DNA of 11,275 nt from the UHGV virus genome UHGV-1855269. One strand, given 5' to 3'. Under the pieces are notes generated by a model. It did not search any database. It was given only the letters and a program-made list of their open reading frames with translations, and had not been told where the DNA came from. Shown in pieces: positions 1 to 8,728 of the stretch (positions are counted from its first letter, which is position 1; each line of letters begins with the position of its first letter). The DNA is from a virus. The position numbers and the translations under genes are program-made.

Positions 1-4
1 TGTA

Positions 5-445
5 TTAAAACTCCCCGAGAACCTGGTCAATCTTGCCGCAGTCGAATACCCAGTCGACGGTTCCGCCCTCTTTAGCGTTATTGAAATCAGGCTGTTTCTG
101 GAATGCACACGAACGCGCAGTAGAAATATCACCCGATGCCGTGTTGCGAATGACGATCACGTTATTGCCCCAGGTGGCAGAGGACTGGCTTTGCGCGTTA
201 TACGCCAGAGACAGCTTTTTATTCACCGGGGAGGTTTTGAGTAGCGTCACCGTAATGGTGCCTGACTTATCGGCGTGCAGGCTGTGCATCACCTCGCCAT
301 CGGCACCGATGGTCATGGTGTTTTTGTTGCCGCCCATGGTCTGGGTGATACCTTCCTCAGAGTTCGCAGAACCCTGACCAAGATCGATAACGCCGGTCGG
401 CCCGGTGAGCGACGCGGTTACATCGAGAAAAGAATAAGTTGCCAT
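5..445 (-). CDS. Putative contractile-tail tube protein (146 aa)
   Basis: Complete ORF immediately downstream of the sheath-sized gene. AAGGAG-like RBS 6 nt before the ATG at 445. Size and Gly/Thr/Ser-rich composition fit a tube protein. Family assignment is from memory only. Confidence 0.45.
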   Translation of the reverse strand: MATYSFLDVTASLTGPTGVIDLGQGSANSEEGITQTMGGNKNTMTIGADGEVMHSLHADKSGTITVTLLKTSPVNKKLSLAYNAQSQSSATWGNNVIVIRNTASGDISTARSCAFQKQPDFNNAKEGGTVDWVFDCGKIDQVLGEF

Positions 446-455
446 TTATCGCTCC

Positions 456-1601
456 TTAGCGAACCACGTTGATCTGCACATCGGCATAATGAACTGCGCC
501 AGCCAGCTTACAGGCCACCTGGATTAACGGTGCTTTGCGCGCTTCGCGGTCGGCCTGCGCCTGTTCGGACAGCGGTTGCGCATACACGTAATAGCCTTTG
601 GTCAGCGTATCGCCGGAATTCAGCTGTCCGATAGGGCCACCATTCCACACGCCAGCAGCTACCAGACCGTTCGTGACGGACTGATCCATGGACTGTTCAA
701 CGTTGGAAAGCAGACGGGTCACACCGGCATCAGTCTGCGGAATTTTGGTGGTGCTGGTATAAAGCAGGTTATAGAGGTTGGTCTGCACATAATTCTGTAA
801 CCAGTCCAGGCCGTGGCGTTCATCAAAGAAATCGCCGTTAGCCATCACTCCCTGCTGGAGGATAGCCGTATCATTCTGGTAGTACACGAATACATTGCAG
901 TTTTTTGCATCAAGTGCCGATGCCTGGCTGACTGTCAGTGTTTCATACCCGACGCCCGGCTCCTGCTTAAACTTGAGCGTAATCGCGGTATTACTGCCAT
1001 TAAAATTAACCGTGAATGCCCGGCCAAATGCAGATAACGCAGCGTATTTATTACCCGATGAATACTGAATAAAACTGCGTGAATATCCGGCGGTTTTCAG
1101 TTTTGATGCCAAATCATCGCTGGATGCAGTCTGCAGGCATTTCTCATCGCTTGTCGTAATCGCCAGAATACGGCTTACAGAAGAGGATTCGATCGCCGCA
1201 GCCACTTTCAGCCAGTCTGCATCCGGAATATCTGCATCGTCTGCAATCCCCAGCCCATACCATGAAGTATAATCGAGCATGGCATTCACAGCCTGCTCCA
1301 GCGTCTCAGGCGTGGCCTGTTCGCTGTCTCCCTTCGTTTTCACCCAACGACCAACAAAAACCTCCTGAGGTTTCGGTGATTGAGAGAAAAACACCTGCGC
1401 AGCCTTATATTCTGGTGATTCCACGCCAAAATCTTTTCCAATATCTTCCGCGGCAGAATAACGGCGAATGCGCTCACTTACCGGAATGATTGTGGACGGG
1501 CCGAGAATGAGTAATGCACCAAAATTTCGCCCTGATGCTGCACGCGGCGACATGATCACATCAACATTAACAACGTTTGATACAGGCAAGCCCTGTGCCA
1601 T
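456..1601 (-). CDS. Putative tail sheath protein (381 aa)
   Basis: Long ORF with a GGAG RBS before the ATG at 1601. Sheath-then-tube order and small-sheath size match P2/Mu-type myophage tails. Ser/Thr/Asn/Gly-rich composition. No homology search possible. Confidence 0.45.
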   Translation of the reverse strand: MAQGLPVSNVVNVDVIMSPRAASGRNFGALLILGPSTIIPVSERIRRYSAAEDIGKDFGVESPEYKAAQVFFSQSPKPQEVFVGRWVKTKGDSEQATPETLEQAVNAMLDYTSWYGLGIADDADIPDADWLKVAAAIESSSVSRILAITTSDEKCLQTASSDDLASKLKTAGYSRSFIQYSSGNKYAALSAFGRAFTVNFNGSNTAITLKFKQEPGVGYETLTVSQASALDAKNCNVFVYYQNDTAILQQGVMANGDFFDERHGLDWLQNYVQTNLYNLLYTSTTKIPQTDAGVTRLLSNVEQSMDQSVTNGLVAAGVWNGGPIGQLNSGDTLTKGYYVYAQPLSEQAQADREARKAPLIQVACKLAGAVHYADVQINVVR

Positions 1602-1604
1602 AGC

Positions 1605-2168
1605 TTAATCTCCGAAAAAGATGACTGGTGCTTCCACCAGCGATTTAATACCGTACTCGCGCACAACCTTCCGGCGCAGACGCACCGTCATATCGTAGCG
1701 GCGGACCCATTGCTGATTAATAAGTTCAGGGAAGGGAGTCAGACCTGTGTAATCGCCAAGAGACAGCCCCAGCGCATTCAGTGCTGCATTGTTCTGCGGC
1801 ACAGATATACCGTCACGAAACCGGGACGCATACACCATCCCCGCCGGTCCATAAAACGAAGCCATACACTCAATCGTTTCATGCCGCCAGAGCTGAGAGC
1901 CATCATCAGTCTGTCTGGTGAATGCCGGACTGTCATCACCTGACCATCCGATAACCCCAAACGCACACCAGTTCGTTTCAGCCGGTAGCAGTGGCGGCTG
2001 CTCTTTCTGCCAGCGCGGGCGAACCATCCCGGCAGACAGACCGGAAACGTTACGCATCCACTGGCTTAACAGCCTGTCGAGCGCTTCGTCATAATCCGGA
2101 TCGCCACTGGTTGGTATTAACCATCCGCGCTCTGTACTGGTGTTATTGCTCAACCGGAGTTCCCCCAT
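1605..2168 (-). CDS. Hypothetical neck or tail-completion protein (187 aa from the first ATG)
   Basis: ORF packed directly upstream of the sheath gene. The ORF track starts at TTG 2171; the first ATG is at 2168. It overlaps the upstream gene by about 26 nt, suggesting coupling. Confidence 0.4.
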   Translation of the reverse strand: MGELRLSNNTSTERGWLIPTSGDPDYDEALDRLLSQWMRNVSGLSAGMVRPRWQKEQPPLLPAETNWCAFGVIGWSGDDSPAFTRQTDDGSQLWRHETIECMASFYGPAGMVYASRFRDGISVPQNNAALNALGLSLGDYTGLTPFPELINQQWVRRYDMTVRLRRKVVREYGIKSLVEAPVIFFGD

Positions 2169-2532
2169 CAAACGGCATCAACTCACAATGCGCCTGAACG
2201 AATCCGGCCCCATAAGCTGTATACGGGTCGACGAAGGTCACACGATAATCACGGCCCTGATACGTCACGATATCGGCATCACGGCCAGTCTGTCCCTGCG
2301 TCAGTCGCTCAGTCGTCACAATCAGAATTGCACCGCTGATTACCTGCCCTGCCTGCATACGGCGGTTTTCCAGAGAGCGATCAACAGTTACGACTCCGGC
2401 AAACTGCTTTTTAACTTCACTGTCGCTGCCGATCCCGTCCTCATCCACCGTTTGCACTCGGCGTGTTACCCACAAATTGAAGTCGCAAAAATCGGGGTCA
2501 AAAAGCACGTCTGTTACATCAAGAGTAGGCAT
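2143..2532 (-). CDS. Hypothetical virion structural protein (129 aa)
   Basis: ORF with a GAGGGA RBS before the ATG at 2532. It overlaps the preceding gene end by 14 nt. Position is within the neck-gene block. Confidence 0.4.
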   Translation of the reverse strand: MPTLDVTDVLFDPDFCDFNLWVTRRVQTVDEDGIGSDSEVKKQFAGVVTVDRSLENRRMQAGQVISGAILIVTTERLTQGQTGRDADIVTYQGRDYRVTFVDPYTAYGAGFVQAHCELMPFDGGTPVEQ

Positions 2533-3073
2533 CTTTATCCCTCACAACATGGGTAATGGCTCTGCGATATTGCCCGGTGTCGATTAGCGGTTTCACCAGA
2601 TCGGTTCCGGGGGACTCGCCAGCAGCGCGTCGGGCAAGCTCCGCTTTCGCCCCTTTACGCCCTCGACGCGCGCGGGCTTCAACGGTGCTGTCAGCAAGCG
2701 GCGTAAAGCCGGTAATGGTCATGTACCGCCTGACACCATTAGCGGCCAGCGTGCCAGCCTGGTTGAGGGCTCTTTCCGCACCCGCCGCATTTCCATCAAG
2801 CGCAGCCTGCGCCGCTGCTTTAAGCTGCGGCACTGTCTGTTCCTCTACCGATTTAACGCCGGGGATCAGGTGCGGGCGTGGGGGGATATTTTGCGCCGGT
2901 GAGCCGTTTTCATTGACGTAGCCGATCCCCGCATTACCAAACGGAACATCTTCACGCTCGCTGTCTTCCGAAGGGATGCCGACCAGCACTTCTTTTTTAC
3001 CGATGGATTTGAGCGCATCCAGAATGGCCTGAGCGTTATCCACCCTCGTTGTCACACCGCTTTTGAAACTCAT
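2519..3073 (-). CDS. Putative head-tail joining or tail completion protein (184 aa)
   Basis: ATG at 3073 overlaps the upstream stop (ATGA coupling). The C-terminal motif KPLIDTGQ resembles the L-x-DTG motif I associate with phage tail-completion/virion-morphogenesis proteins; this is from memory and unverified. Confidence 0.4.
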   Translation of the reverse strand: MSFKSGVTTRVDNAQAILDALKSIGKKEVLVGIPSEDSEREDVPFGNAGIGYVNENGSPAQNIPPRPHLIPGVKSVEEQTVPQLKAAAQAALDGNAAGAERALNQAGTLAANGVRRYMTITGFTPLADSTVEARARRGRKGAKAELARRAAGESPGTDLVKPLIDTGQYRRAITHVVRDKDAYS

Positions 3074-3477
3074 AGCTGGCGACCGCCCGCACCAAACATC
3101 GTGATCAGCTGATAAAATTCAGCGCCATATCGGGTGTTATTCCAGAAGCCTGCGTCAGGGTTTAGCGTCGCGCTGGTGTCATAGCTGACGCTTACCTTGT
3201 CAACGGACTTAGAGGACTGAACACCATTGGTTGAACCGCCCGGGCCGCCAACCAGCATCGCCCGGCTATCTGCCGCCCAAAGCGTCATGTAGTGCGCAAC
3301 GAACAACTCGGCAAAATACGGAAACAACTTTTTGCCGGTGACCTTTTCGCTTAGCAGCACATCGGCCAGATTCAGACGAAACTGGATTTGCGCTTCGGGA
3401 TATTTGGCAGGGTCAGCAAACTGCGGGAAGTCGCGGCGAAAATCACTTACCGCTGGCAGACTTTGATTCTTTGGCAT
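3070..3477 (-). CDS. Hypothetical head-tail connector-type protein (135 aa)
   Basis: GAGGT RBS 5 nt before the ATG at 3477. Gly-rich C-terminal half. Position is in the neck module upstream of the sheath gene. Confidence 0.4.
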   Translation of the reverse strand: MPKNQSLPAVSDFRRDFPQFADPAKYPEAQIQFRLNLADVLLSEKVTGKKLFPYFAELFVAHYMTLWAADSRAMLVGGPGGSTNGVQSSKSVDKVSVSYDTSATLNPDAGFWNNTRYGAEFYQLITMFGAGGRQL

Positions 3478-3664
3478 TTTTTACCTCGTTACGCGCGTCT
3501 GTGGCTTTGCCAACGGATACTTCCGCGTGCGCACGAGTGAACCAGTGCGTGGCAACGTCTTCCTCCACTGCATGACGTCCTTTAACAAACTCGCGCCGCG
3601 AACCGTCGGGAAGCGTGAGCACAAACGGGGTATGTACGTGTATTACTGCATTATTTTTTGCCAT
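3443..3664 (-). CDS. Hypothetical small protein (73 aa)
   Basis: AAGGATG RBS before the ATG at 3664. It overlaps the next gene start by 35 nt. Confidence 0.35.
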   Translation of the reverse strand: MAKNNAVIHVHTPFVLTLPDGSRREFVKGRHAVEEDVATHWFTRAHAEVSVGKATDARNEVKNAKESKSASGK

Positions 3665-3705
3665 CGGGTCATCCTTAATGGCCCCGCCAGGGGGCCATAT
3701 GGCTG

Positions 3706-4023
3706 TTAAATGCCATCAACGTACGAAATGGTTTCTTTGTACACTGGCTCGACTGCACCCAGCTTGCCGTAGTAGGTCGCAATCTGATACAGACCACGAT
3801 ACTGCACCGGCACGCTCTGAAGCGGAACCAGCGGGTAGCGGACGTATTTTTTATCGTTGGTGTACGCAACCATGCGATCCTTATTCCCCACACCACGGCC
3901 TTTCAGCCATTTAACCGCGCGGATATTCAGCGGAACACCGTTCTGGTGATAGCTGATGGTGTTGGTCTGAAGGTACGTCAACAGGGACTGGTTACCCGCA
4001 GATGAAACGATGATGCTGGACAA
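3706..4023 (-). CDS. Hypothetical protein, start uncertain; possibly the 3' part of a disrupted gene
   Basis: The ORF begins at TTG 4023 with no RBS. A strong RBS plus ATG sits at 4111 in another frame and hits a stop after 24 codons. See the frameshift finding. Confidence 0.3.
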   Translation of the reverse strand: MSSIIVSSAGNQSLLTYLQTNTISYHQNGVPLNIRAVKWLKGRGVGNKDRMVAYTNDKKYVRYPLVPLQSVPVQYRGLYQIATYYGKLGAVEPVYKETISYVDGI

Positions 4024-4097
4024 CAGAGCAAACTGCTCAGGTGGGATCTGCCACGCGATGCTCCACGACCTCCAGTTGAGGCCTGTAATCAGCTAAC

Positions 4098-4259
4098 TTA
4101 ACGACGCCCATGTTTCACTCCTGCTTTGGCTAGTCTGTAAACACCAACAAGGCGCTCTGCGAACGCCCTGTTATTTGCTACGGCTACCACTAATCCCTCA
4201 GGTGAATCAGGGTGTCGAATCTCTTCTTTTTCCTGGTATTTCTTACGACGTTTTGTCAT
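4098..4259 (-). CDS. Small basic hypothetical protein (53 aa, MTKRRKKYQEKEE...)
   Basis: ATG at 4259 preceded by an AGGAG RBS. It sits between cII and the structural block, where lambda would have the start of O. No recognisable similarity. Confidence 0.3.
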   Translation of the reverse strand: MTKRRKKYQEKEEIRHPDSPEGLVVAVANNRAFAERLVGVYRLAKAGVKHGRR

Positions 4260-4337
4260 AATTACTCCTGTGGATTGATCCAGTCTTTCTACATCAGGCC
4301 TCGAAGAATTCGCCGTTCTTCGGGGCTTTTTCTTTTG
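4260..4337 (+). ncRNA. oop: Candidate oop-like antisense RNA overlapping the 3' end of cII
   Basis: A plus-strand intrinsic terminator lies inside the cII 3' end, antisense to cII, as for lambda oop. The 5' end is only estimated from an 80-nt length expectation. Confidence 0.35.
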
Positions 4338-4572
4338 TCAGCATTCTGGCTACTTTCTTAGCCAGTTCCGCCAACTCCTCGTCTTCAACACCCCATTCAA
4401 GAACAGCCAGAAGCATTCCCATTTTGGGGATGAAGCTATCTTTCCATCGCGAAATTTGCGATTCATTAATCCCTAACGCGTCGGCAACCTTTCGCTGACC
4501 ACGTACAGCAATTCGATTCAGGATGTTGCTTGTAATTGCATTCGCTTTCTTGCGAGTACTTGTAAGTTGCAT
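4294..4572 (-). CDS. cII: CII-like transcriptional activator (92 aa)
   Basis: The translation aligns with lambda CII across the HTH and the conserved ESQISRWK and MLLAVLEWGV segments. Start chosen at the internal ATG 4572 with an AAGGAAA RBS. It is not identical to lambda CII. Confidence 0.85.
   Translation of the reverse strand: MQLTSTRKKANAITSNILNRIAVRGQRKVADALGINESQISRWKDSFIPKMGMLLAVLEWGVEDEELAELAKKVARMLTKEKAPKNGEFFEA
4299..4336 (+). terminator. Rho-independent terminator (10-bp stem with one mismatch, 7-nt loop, T-rich tail)
   Basis: cctcgaagaa-ttcgccg-ttcttcgggg followed by ctttttctttt. It is functional only on the plus strand, because the T-tract follows the stem only there. Confidence 0.55.
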
Positions 4573-4651
4573 ATGTAAGTATTTCCTTAGATAACAATTG
4601 ATTGAATGTATGCAAATAAATGCATACACCATAGGTGTGGTTTAATTTGAT

Positions 4652-4683
4652 GCCCTTTTTCAGGGCTGGGATGTGTAAGAGCG
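4652..4683 (-). promoter_or_regulatory. nutR: nutR site (boxA CGCTCTTA, boxB GCCCTGAAAAAGGGC)
   Basis: The reverse complement reads cgctcttacacatcccagccctgaaaaagggc. This matches the lambda nutR boxA/boxB arrangement and lies just downstream of cro. Confidence 0.8.
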
Positions 4684-4691
4684 GGAATGTC

Positions 4692-6044
<1,353 letters not shown>

Positions 6045-6094
6045 TCCCCACCTCAATCTCGCTAACCAAAAAACAAACTATTTTCCGTTTAAAA

Positions 6095-6162
6095 ACAATG
6101 GAGTTTGTTTTTCATGCCCCTTTTTACAATATTTCTTGTTTACAACATACAATCTTTCTTGT
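6095..6162 (+). promoter_or_regulatory. OL3-OL2-OL1 operators overlapping the PL promoter
   Basis: Three 14-bp ACAA-N6-TTGT sites: 6095-6108 acaatggagtttgt, 6126-6139 acaatatttcttgt, 6149-6162 acaatctttcttgt. They lie about 45 nt upstream of nutL. Exact -35/-10 hexamers not assigned. Confidence 0.8.
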
Positions 6163-6207
6163 AATTTTAAGCCATCAGCAGGACGCACTGACCACCATTG
6201 AAGGTGA

Positions 6208-6238
6208 TGCTCTTAAAAATTAAGCCCTGAAGAAGGGC
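6208..6238 (+). promoter_or_regulatory. nutL: nutL site (boxA-like TGCTCTTA, boxB GCCCTGAAGAAGGGC)
   Basis: tgctcttaaaaattaagccctgaagaagggc; the boxB hairpin matches lambda nutL. It lies about 160 nt upstream of the N start. Confidence 0.85.
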
Positions 6239-6396
6239 AGCATTCAAAGCAGAAGGCTTTGGGGTGTGTGATACGAAACGAAGCATTGGCCGGAAGTGCG
6301 AATCCGGATTAGCTGCAAATGAGCCAATCGTGGGGTGTTTTCGTTCAGGACTACGACTCACACACACCACCAAAGCTAACTGACAAGAGAATCCAG

Positions 6397-6729
6397 ATGG
6401 ATGCACAAACACGCCGCCGCGAACGTCGCGCAGAGAAACAGGCTCAATGGAAAGCAGCAAATCCCCTGTTGGTTGGGGTAAGCGCAAAACCAGTTAACCG
6501 CCCTATTCTCTCGCTGAATCGCAAACCGAAATCACGAGTAGAAAGCGCACTAAATCCGATAGACCTTACAGTGCTGGCTGAATACCACGAACAGATTGAA
6601 AGCAACCTGCAACGTATTGAGCGCAAGAATCAGCGCACATGGTACAGCAAGCCACGCAGTGAAATGGGTGTGACTTGTGTTGGTCGCCAGAAGCAACGCG
6701 GAAAATCAATTCCAGCTTATTACGATTGA
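6397..6729 (+). CDS. N: Antitermination protein N, lambda type (110 aa)
   Basis: The translation from ATG 6397 (MDAQTRRRERRAEKQAQWKAANPLLVGVSAKPVNRPILSLNRKPKSRVESALNPIDLTVLAEYH...) matches lambda N, including the arginine-rich boxB-binding motif. The C-terminus diverges. Confidence 0.9.
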   Translation: MDAQTRRRERRAEKQAQWKAANPLLVGVSAKPVNRPILSLNRKPKSRVESALNPIDLTVLAEYHEQIESNLQRIERKNQRTWYSKPRSEMGVTCVGRQKQRGKSIPAYYD

Positions 6730-6737
6730 GGTGAGCC

Positions 6738-6875
6738 ATGCTCAAGAAAGTCAAACGTCGACTTTACAAAGAAGGTAGATATTCATGCCAGTTGCCAAAA
6801 TGCGACACAACAAAATGGAGTGTCGATGATTGGTGTAACTGGATAGATAGATACGGAACTTGGTGGGATAAATAA
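6738..6875 (+). CDS. Small Cys-rich hypothetical protein (45 aa), in the slot lambda uses for ral
   Basis: ATG 6738 with a GAGGTGA RBS immediately after the N stop. Four Cys (C-x4-C, then two more) suggest a zinc-ribbon-like fold. Below the ORF-track length cut-off. Confidence 0.4.
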   Translation: MLKKVKRRLYKEGRYSCQLPKCDTTKWSVDDWCNWIDRYGTWWDK

Positions 6876-6929
6876 CAGGTAACTTAAGCATATTTACTTT
6901 CGCAGCAAACCACTTATTTGAGGTGAGAT

Positions 6930-7400
6930 ATGACAAAATCATGGAGCGTACCTTTTCCTGAATCAGAAACTGAACATGATGGAATGCCTGTTTTCTGGAG
7001 ATTCCAGGCGACAGTTGAAGAAGATGGGATAAAAATATTCGCACTTCAATATATAGCTTTTCATCAGACAGAGCATTATGCATGGTTGGTTCCTGCGCAT
7101 TGGATTGTTGATTTTAAACCAGCACCAAATCAGTGGTTACAGGAATGGAAACAAAAGAGAAATAGATATGCAATTAAGAAAGTAGCAAAAAATGCAGAAA
7201 GATCTTTTGCATTCCCAACGAAGAAACTTGCCATTGAAAGTTTATTGCGCCGGAAGAAATACCATTTAATGAGAATCAAACAAGATTTGGCTGTTGTATC
7301 AACTCTTGTTGATGGGATGAAGAATATTGATACATCAACACCAGATATTGAATATAACTTTGGACACAACCAAGAAACAGAAAATTGGGTATTTTATTAG
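6930..7400 (+). CDS. Hypothetical protein (156 aa) in an AT-rich insert
   Basis: GAGGTGAG RBS before the ATG at 6930. The local sequence is visibly more AT-rich than the flanks. No TM segments or known motifs recognised. A plus-strand terminator follows. Confidence 0.6.
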   Translation: MTKSWSVPFPESETEHDGMPVFWRFQATVEEDGIKIFALQYIAFHQTEHYAWLVPAHWIVDFKPAPNQWLQEWKQKRNRYAIKKVAKNAERSFAFPTKKLAIESLLRRKKYHLMRIKQDLAVVSTLVDGMKNIDTSTPDIEYNFGHNQETENWVFY

Positions 7401-7504
7401 TACAAATAAGCACTGTGTATTCATTCCAACGAGTGAATACACGGAGCAATGTCGCTCGTAACTAAACAGGAGCCGACTTGTTCTGATTATTGGAAATCTT
7501 CTTT

Positions 7505-7528
7505 GCCCTCCAGTGTGAGGGCCTTTTT
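7505..7528 (+). terminator. Candidate intrinsic terminator after the AT-rich insert
   Basis: gccctc-cagtgt-gagggc followed by cttttt: a 6-bp GC stem, 6-nt loop and T-run. Confidence 0.45.
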
Positions 7529-7594
7529 ATATGCATACCAATAACGCTTCACTCGAGGCGTTTTCGTTATGCAATCAAATATAAGGAGTTACCC

Positions 7595-7729
7595 ATGATG
7601 CACTTTCAGCTCGCGGGTAGCGGCGTCATGTCCGCTTTCTACCCGCACGAATCTGAATTATCACGCCGAGTTAAACAATTAATCAGAGCAGCAAAGAAAC
7701 AACTGGAGGCGTTATGCGCAATGAAATAG
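7595..7729 (+). CDS. cIII: CIII-like protein (44 aa; candidate FtsH inhibitor)
   Basis: AAGGAG RBS 6 nt before the ATG at 7595. The N-terminus MMHFQLAGSGV...ESELSRRVKQLIRAAKK resembles lambda CIII (MQYAIAGWPVAG...ESLLERITRKLRDGWK) from memory. Confidence 0.55.
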   Translation: MMHFQLAGSGVMSAFYPHESELSRRVKQLIRAAKKQLEALCAMK

Positions 7730-7866
7730 CCATCAATCACCAGATGCTTCGTGCTGCACAGAACAAAGCAGTAATAGCCAGATTTATTGGTGATTCCAAA
7801 ATGTGGCTTGAAGCAAATAAAGCGATGAAATCAGCTATCAACCTTCCGTGGTATCGCAGGAAATGA
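7714..7866 (+). CDS. kil: Kil-like host-killing protein (50 aa)
   Basis: ATG 7714 with GGAGG upstream; it overlaps the cIII stop. The segment AAQNKAVIARFIGDSKMW resembles the lambda Kil core as I recall it. Below the ORF-track cut-off. Confidence 0.45.
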   Translation: MRNEIAINHQMLRAAQNKAVIARFIGDSKMWLEANKAMKSAINLPWYRRK

Positions 7867-7941
7867 GTTTTACAGATAACTGGTCAGACGAGGAATTCAT
7901 TCGTCAGATGAAAGAATTAATCGGTAACGAAGGAGATATTC

Positions 7942-8112
7942 ATGTCACTTGCAACCACAGTGAAGGAGAGCAAGTTACAGAGACGCATGTACACGCAGCA
8001 GGCGTTAATGTATCGCCAGAAGGGAGATCGTGAAGGTGTTCGCGTATTTTTGAATGCGGCAAAGACTGAAGTATTAAATCAGCGTTATTTCCTTGGGCCA
8101 TGTCCATTCTGA
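7942..8112 (+). CDS. Small hypothetical protein (56 aa), Arf-like by position
   Basis: Strong AAGGAGA RBS 5 nt before the ATG at 7942. It sits between kil and erf, where P22 has arf. A competing ORF at 7863-8033 in another frame overlaps it. Confidence 0.4.
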   Translation: MSLATTVKESKLQRRMYTQQALMYRQKGDREGVRVFLNAAKTEVLNQRYFLGPCPF

Positions 8113-8122
8113 GAACAATCAT

Positions 8123-8728
8123 ATGAGCAAAGAATTTTACGCAAGACTGGCAGCCATTCAGGAGAATCTGAACGCGCCAAAAAATCAGTACAACTCATTC
8201 GGTAAATATAAATACAGAAGCTGCGAAGATATTCTTGAAGGCGTTAAGCCGTTACTGAATGGTCTGTTTTTATCAATCAGCGATGAAGTTGTGCTGATTG
8301 GTGATCGGTATTACGTGAAAGCCACGGCAACTATTACCGATGGCGAAAACAGTCATACAGCAACCGCTCTTGCACGAGAGGAAGAAAGCAAGAAAGGAAT
8401 GGATTCTGCACAAGTTACGGGAGCTACAAGCTCTTATGCACGCAAGTATTGCCTCAATGGTTTATTCGGCATTGATGATGCGAAAGATGCAGATACCGAC
8501 GAGCATAAACATCAGCAGAACGCAGCAGCAAAGCAATCAAAACCATCACCTACGCCTGAACAGGTTCTAAAAGCATTCACTGACGCGGCATTGCAGAAAA
8601 ACACCGTGGAAGAGCTTAAACAGGCGTTCGCCAAAGCGTGGAAGATGCTCGAAGGCACACCGGAGCAGCACAAAGCGCAGGACGTTTACAACATCAGACG
8701 AGACGAATTAGAAGGAGCGGCTGCTTAA
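8123..8728 (+). CDS. erf: Erf-family single-strand annealing protein (201 aa)
   Basis: The translation from ATG 8123 (MSKEFYARLAAIQENLNAPKNQYNSFGKYKYRSCEDILEGVKPLL...) closely matches my memory of P22 Erf. The ORF-track upstream extension is rejected. Confidence 0.75.
   Translation: MSKEFYARLAAIQENLNAPKNQYNSFGKYKYRSCEDILEGVKPLLNGLFLSISDEVVLIGDRYYVKATATITDGENSHTATALAREEESKKGMDSAQVTGATSSYARKYCLNGLFGIDDAKDADTDEHKHQQNAAAKQSKPSPTPEQVLKAFTDAALQKNTVEELKQAFAKAWKMLEGTPEQHKAQDVYNIRRDELEGAAA

Noticed and set aside
33-3914. Plus-strand ORFs lying antisense within the structural block (33-377, 275-472, 576-800, 813-1037, 1262-1489, 1710-1943, 1991-2197, 2140-2556, 2556-2921, 3527-3709, 3615-3914) and the minus-strand ORFs 1778-1966 and 3675-3896
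   Set aside because: All lie inside longer, tightly packed minus-strand ORFs that have RBSs and coupled start/stop overlaps. They lack RBSs and have odd composition, so they look like shadow ORFs of a GC-rich coding region.
4530-4600. Search for lambda-style CII-binding TTGC-N6-TTGC repeats (PRE -35) near the cII start
   Set aside because: TTGC tetramers are present but not at the lambda spacing. The PRE location cannot be called from sequence here.
6070-6111. Hairpin aaaacaaact...agtttgtttt with T-run, considered as a terminator after the secreted-protein gene
   Set aside because: The loop is 22 nt, and the 3' arm is the right half of the OL3 operator (acaatggagtttgt). The apparent symmetry is better explained by operator sequence than by a terminator.
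6167-6754. Minus-strand ORFs 6167-6487, 6444-6626 and 6566-6754 over PL, nutL and N
   Set aside because: They overlap the well-supported N gene and nut site on the opposite strand and have no RBS or plausible promoter.
6751-7369. Minus-strand ORFs 6751-7083 and 7130-7369 in the AT-rich insert
   Set aside because: They are antisense to the RBS-supported plus-strand ORFs. AT-rich DNA generates long spurious ORFs with Ile/Leu/Phe/Lys-rich translations.
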